This document shows positions 53,578 through 58,874 of a DNA stretch of 58,874 nt, piece by piece (the first letter of the stretch is position 1; each line of letters begins with the position of its first letter). Source of the DNA: Pelomyxa schiedti (Eukaryota; Protista; Evosea). Below the pieces are notes generated by a model. That model was not told the origin of the DNA. It saw only the letters and a program-made list of their open reading frames with translations, and ran no database searches. The translations under genes and the position numbers were made by a program. The stretch covers positions 1-58,874 of the forward strand of contig JAHLWZ010000239.1 of assembly GCA_020536535.1 (NCBI GenBank), in the 5' to 3' direction.

Positions 53578-55721
53578 CTAGATGGAAGGTTTCAGCAGTA
53601 CACAGATTTGTTGCAGTATGAACTCTTGAATGACACTCGTGTGGCTATTTCCACCACAGCGGCTGTGCCTTGATAGAAGTAAAGCAACCGCTATCTGCTT
53701 CCAATGGCCCCACTGAAATGGGTTGTTGTTAGTTTTATTAGTCTGTTTCAGAAATAGGGTACTTATTTTTAAATATTTAAAGAGTACCAATATGGCGGAA
53801 GTGCATTTTTCGGTGTATGGAAAGGGACCAGTGACGAGAGCACCTTTTTTCATCATGAGGTCTACAACTACGCAGTGCTTACAATCGGTGGTACAGGAGG
53901 AATAGTGGCATCCGTGTACTGCGCAGCACAGAGAGGTATGTGAGGGCTTCACGCCCTTGGAAATCAGTAATTCGACCGTCGGCAGTTGGCCAAGTTCTGC
54001 TGCCACTGCCAGTGCACTGTATTGTTCTGAGCTGTAGATGTCACTGAAAAAGAATATATTGGAATCTGTTCTTGGCTTCCAGTGACCTGTAAGCACATGT
54101 GGGTACCGAGCTATTATGGACTCAACAACTTCTTGGTCCGGCCGTGTTGTGAGATATGCCAAAAAGGATTCCAGTATTATATCATCCAGTTCCAAGCTTC
54201 TATCATAGCCTTCCTGAGTTGCGAAGATGGCACCATTGGCGAGAAGTTCCAAGCAGATTTCTGATGCACCGTTGTGGAGGGCCAGCTGTAAAGGGTATAC
54301 TTTCAGGCACGACCTTGAAAGATGAGGAGCCATGTTTGTGTGGGGGTAAGTTGCTGGTAGGGAAAGTGCTCTTGGTGGAATTGGGTCTCGTGCTTTGTAG
54401 TGGGCAAACAGTGATGTAATGTTCCCTACGCGATTACTGCCTACCGCGGAGTTGACAAGCTCTGGACAGAGTGGAACATTCAAGTAGTTTATAACGGTGG
54501 GTAAGTTATCTGGAATGTAGAGAGCTGCACTACAGAACTGCTCTAAAGCAATACTGGCACCAATTTTCAATAATGACTCGACGAATTCAATATTCCTGGT
54601 AGATATGGCCAAACTGAGGATTTTTGCCATTTCTGAAGCATCCACTCCACCATGTTTCTGTAGCAGAGCAATTATACCAGTAAATGTCGACAGCTGGTAA
54701 AATGAAATCGACAGAACTTGATTGTAGAGGCCTGGTATATGTACATCAGCTCCCCTTTCTATCAAAAGTTCTGCTACTGGGGTACTGCATGTTTGAACTG
54801 CTTTTATCAGTGCCTTCCTGGTAGGGTCGAGCTGGGCCACAGAGCTCAAGGGAGGGCATTGAGTGTCCAAAAGCCACCGGACCATTTCCGGGTTGCGGCT
54901 TTCAGCGGCCTTGACAAGATCAGAAGAATAGTTCACCGGCAGCCTGCAGATAGATGCCAGGAACTTTGCGCAAGACACGGCCCCATATTCCAAAGCTTGG
55001 TTGTAGGTGAATGCAATGGCCGTGGTACCTTTGGATGCCAGAAATGTCGCAATCTTTTGCATGCTACTTTCCATGTGGCGCAGGCCGCAGTGTGCAGCAG
55101 CCAAAGTCAATCCCCCGCCCACACTTCCGGGAGTGAACTTCTTCGCATCAGAAAGGCTGATTCCAGCCATGGCAGATAGTGTTCCCTCACACACAGACTC
55201 CACACACATCTCACAGGACTGTGAACATGCCACCTGCAACGAAGTCCTGTCGTTTTCGTCCAGCTCAAGCAGCAAATTGTCCCTCTTCTCCGCATCGGGC
55301 ACAAATTCCAGTATCTTTCCCACAATTTGGGCACACGGGCACACGCCGCCACTTTTTGCCTCTCCCGATGCGGCAGATTCTGAAGGTGATGATGACGACG
55401 ACGATGAAGGAAGGTGATTCAGCCAAGGGCGGCAGGTGTCGAGGCTGTGGCAGGGAGCCTTGCAGCCACGAACGCAGCAGGCCAGCGGCCCGCGGCCAAA
55501 GTTCCTCCTGCCAAGCCCGCTGAAGTCGTCATTGGGGTCAAAGGCCTGTCCTGACGTCAGAATTTCCACGGCCTTGGTGACGTCGCCCTCCTCGCAGGCG
55601 TGTCTCAGCAACTAAAGCAAGTCAAAGCGAGAAAAAAGAAGTCGGTCGAGGGAAGGAGCACTTGGTAGGGTACGTCTAGTGGTGGAGGCTCTACTCGTTG
55701 TATCGCGGATGATTGCCCCAT
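53578..55721 (-). CDS. Ankyrin-repeat protein with a possible N-myristoylation start
   Basis: Exon 1 MGQSSAIQRVEPPPLD joins the 677-aa ORF; ankyrin-like units ALIKAVQTCSTPVAELLIERGADV, PLQLALHNGASEICLELLANGA, SALAVAAELGQLPTVELLISKGV. Confidence 0.8.
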
Positions 55722-55812
55722 AAGTTATGAAGACTCGTTGTGGCGTCGTGGTTCTAAGTACGGTTCTAATCACTGATGGATTTCTGGGAAATACCTGTAA
55801 AATAACATCCTC

Positions 55813-58499
55813 ATGTCATCCACCGTTGGTACGTGCCGTTCATGCGGTTGTCCATTTGCAGCTGCCACTACAGTCGACACCAATGAGGCCACTACTGTAT
55901 CATCGTCAACGTCGACATCATCGGGTGACCGTGAGCGTGAGTGTGGCACTCCGGTGTTGTTGGCACCGTGTGGCCATACTGTGTGTTCATCGTGTTGGTC
56001 CCGGTCGCCGTGCCAGTTTCCCACTTCGGTAGCTACGTCTCCGGCGACGTGTGGCTCATCTACGTCGCAGCAGCAACAGCAACAACCATTGGAGTGCCCG
56101 CCTGGAACAACGGCGTCACACAAAGTAATGGTGGTGGCAGCACCACCACCAGAAACCGGAACAACTCAGGCACAACAGCAACAACAACAACAACACTTAC
56201 AACAACAACAAGAGCAACATCAGCAACAGCAACAACTTGGGAAGGAGTGCCCACTGTGCAAGGCACTGGTGAGGGCACAGAAGGAAAACAAGGTACTGAT
56301 GGGATTATTGCAGTTACTGCAGGATTTGGGGTGCCCACTGCCAAAAGAGAATGAGGGGGTACTTGGTGGAGATGTTGCGACGCACACAGATCCTGTGGCG
56401 GTGACGATGTGCGCAGAGTGCCTGGAAAAGAAGGCTGTTGTGTGGTGTGAAAAGGACGAGGTGGCGTTGTGTGAGGAGTGCAACTCTGCACTTCACTCTA
56501 GCCGTGTCACAAAGTTACATGTGCGAGTGGCAATTGAAAAGAGGCCGCCATCATCAGCAACAACCCTGTGGAGAGAGCCAAAATGCAAATTACATCCTGG
56601 GAAAGATCTTGATATTTGGTGCACACAAGACCGAGTATGCTACTGTTACTTTTACACTTCAAAACAACAAACAACAAACAACAAACAACAAACAACAAAC
56701 AACAAAAAACAAAAAACAAAAAACAAAAAACAAAAAACAAAAAACAAAAAACAAAACAATCCCACCTGTTAGTTAGCTTAACACTATTTTCAGAGATTGT
56801 GTTGTTATCTATGCAAAGATTTTGGGAGTCACAAAGGCCACAGTGTCCTCTTTCGTGACGACGCCTGCTTGGCTGTCAAGCAAGAATTGCTTGATGCCTC
56901 GTGTGTAAATAAGACCCTCAGTGGCTCTGCTGAATCCCAAGTACAAGCATGGGAGAAGATGGTTAACGATTTGAGGTCAAATGCTGAGAAAACAAGAACT
57001 CAAATTCAAACTGCGTTCTCCACGATCTACAAGAGAGCCGCTGAACGTGAATCACAATTGCTTTCAGTTTTAGATGACGCAGAGGGCAAGTTACTTGGCG
57101 CCTTGCAGCATCAGATTGGTACCATAACACACTCTCTCAATCAACACTAACAACTCACAACAAAGATGACACTGTATTATCAATTCAAGAATCCCAAGAA
57201 ATCACTGACGCCACGACCCGCCTCACCAACTCCAACAACAGTTTTTCAATTTTGCAATCGCTCCCCACTCTCCAGAAATTCCTTAGTGAGGCAGCTTCCT
57301 CGACCAGGAAGTGCAGCATATCAGAACCACTGTTGGAAATAGGAGTGAATCTATCCTTCATTCATGACCTCGATGCAGCACAGAAGTTTGTTTCTGAGTT
57401 TGGTTCCATAGCAATTGTTCGTGATACCCCACTGAAACTTGAAGCTCTTTCTCTTTCAAACTCCAGTGCTACTCTGAAATGGGGCTTTGAAGAGACCACA
57501 TCATCAAGTAGCTCCCCACCTGTCAAACATAAGCGCCTTCAAGACATGTGTTTCAAGGTAGAACTGAGAACGCAGCCACCATCCAATTCTTCATCCACAG
57601 TCAACAACTTCAAACAAGTTTATTGTGGAAAAGAGATGCAATTCCAGTTAACTGCACTGCAACCAGCCACTGCATACTTGGTCAGGGTTGCAGGATCTCC
57701 CACATCAACAAGCGTTGACCAAAAGCACCCAATGGACCAGTTGCAAGCCTACTGTGAAACAGAGTTCAAGACCCTCTCTGCTCCCCAATCTGGGAGGAGG
57801 GATTTTCGTGAACCTGGGAAATTCACATTCACAGTTCCAGAAGGTGTCAGTGCCATCCACGCAATTGCTATTGGTGGCGGTGGTGCTGGTGGCTCATATG
57901 CAAGTCAGGCAGTGGGGGGAAGTGGTGGTGGTGATTCAGCAGTTGACGGGGTTGTGTTGGCAGGGGGAGGGAAGGGATCAGGCACAAGCAAAGGACACGG
58001 AGGTGATGGTGGGTATGGTTCAACGGCAAGTGGTGGGTGTGGTGGTGGGTCCGCCAGTAACGGTTATGGCTGGACACATGGAGGTGGTGGTGCATGTGGT
58101 GGTTCTGCTGGTGAGGACAGGTATGGCTCCTACACCTCAGGAGGTGGAGTTGGTGGATCCACAAGACTCAAATATGCTGGGCGTGGTGGAAACGGCGGGT
58201 TCCCAGCCCAGGAAAGCTCAACCCAAGGAACCTCTGGTGAAGCAGCCACTCCCCAAAGTGTGACTGTCACCAACATCCGTCAAGGCTGGTTGTATGGGGG
58301 AGGTGGAGGAGGTAGCTACAGCTGGGGTGGTGGAGGTGGTGGCTACTCTGTTGTCAAAGACCACCCTGTCACTCCTGGTCAGGTTCTCAACATCACAGTG
58401 GGTTCTGGTGGTGAACCACTCACAGGAAGCATTTCAGATTATACAGGAGGAACAGGAGGACACGGCCTGGTTGTGATTTCTTGGGGCCAAGACCCTTGA
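55813..58499 (+). CDS. TRIM-like protein: split RING, two B-boxes, coiled coil, FN3, glycine-rich domain
   Basis: CRSC...PVLLAPCGHTVCSSC...ECPLC; CAECLEKKAVVWCEKDEVALCEEC..H; CKLHPGKDLDIWCTQDR|.LCCYLCKDFGSHKGH; FN3 ATLKW...VYCG...LQPATAYLVRVAG; Gly-rich C-terminus. Confidence 0.85.
56661..56759. repeat. Intronic heptamer microsatellite (AACAACA)n then (AAAAAAC)n
   Basis: Visible tandem 7-mers inside the intron that splits B-box 2. Confidence 0.9.
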
Positions 58500-58874
58500 A
58501 AATCATTGTGTTGCTCTGTTCCCTGTTCTCTCCAACCTCAAGCCTTGGAATTCAAATTTGTTTGTGAAATGTTTTTTCCCATCCACTACTGTTGGTAACA
58601 GTACACAGTTGCGTAATAATAAATTATATAAATCAATTATAATCTCAAATATAAATATTACTTCTTCACATTCCGTGGGAGGAGTGTTAAACCCAAGGTT
58701 CCATTCTGAATCTTCACACAGCTGTGGAGTGATCCTGACCAGGAACGATTCGGATATCTCTTTGCCTACCCATGCATAATTTGACCGTTGCCGTTTAGCC
58801 TAACGGGGATGAAAAGTGGACGTTTTTTCACTATCGGCATGGATTTTTCTCGCCGTTCCCCCCTATCGGGGAAC

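Noticed and set aside
56635-56772. KQQTTNN/KQKTKN peptide repeat
   Set aside because: Translation of an intronic microsatellite

Overview
Compact, intron-rich eukaryotic (protist) genomic DNA with short GT-AG introns (about 40-110 nt), very short intergenic spacers and four 100-N scaffold gaps. Gene content and style suggest a flagellated amoebozoan such as Pelomyxa; this is an inference, not a database result. Genes reconstructed by manual splicing: aldo/keto reductase, CCR4/nocturnin-type EEP, a low-complexity protein, a UBX protein, a rabenosyn-like FYVE + IPT/TIG protein, a membrane-anchored Fic protein, IFT140, two TRIM-like RING/B-box proteins (one with a partial second copy), a divergent actin (plus a second 3' copy), an RRM-like + kinase protein, a J-domain + C2H2 protein (plus a partial copy), a Sel1-repeat protein, C2CD3 and an ankyrin protein. 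The standout is one spliced gene at 16305-19677 that fuses a Ras/Rho-like GTPase, Kelch repeats, an F-box and a C-terminal Vint-like Hint (intein/Hedgehog autoprocessing) domain. It lies about 250 bp downstream of the Fic AMPylase gene. Exon boundaries were placed by eye and need transcript confirmation.
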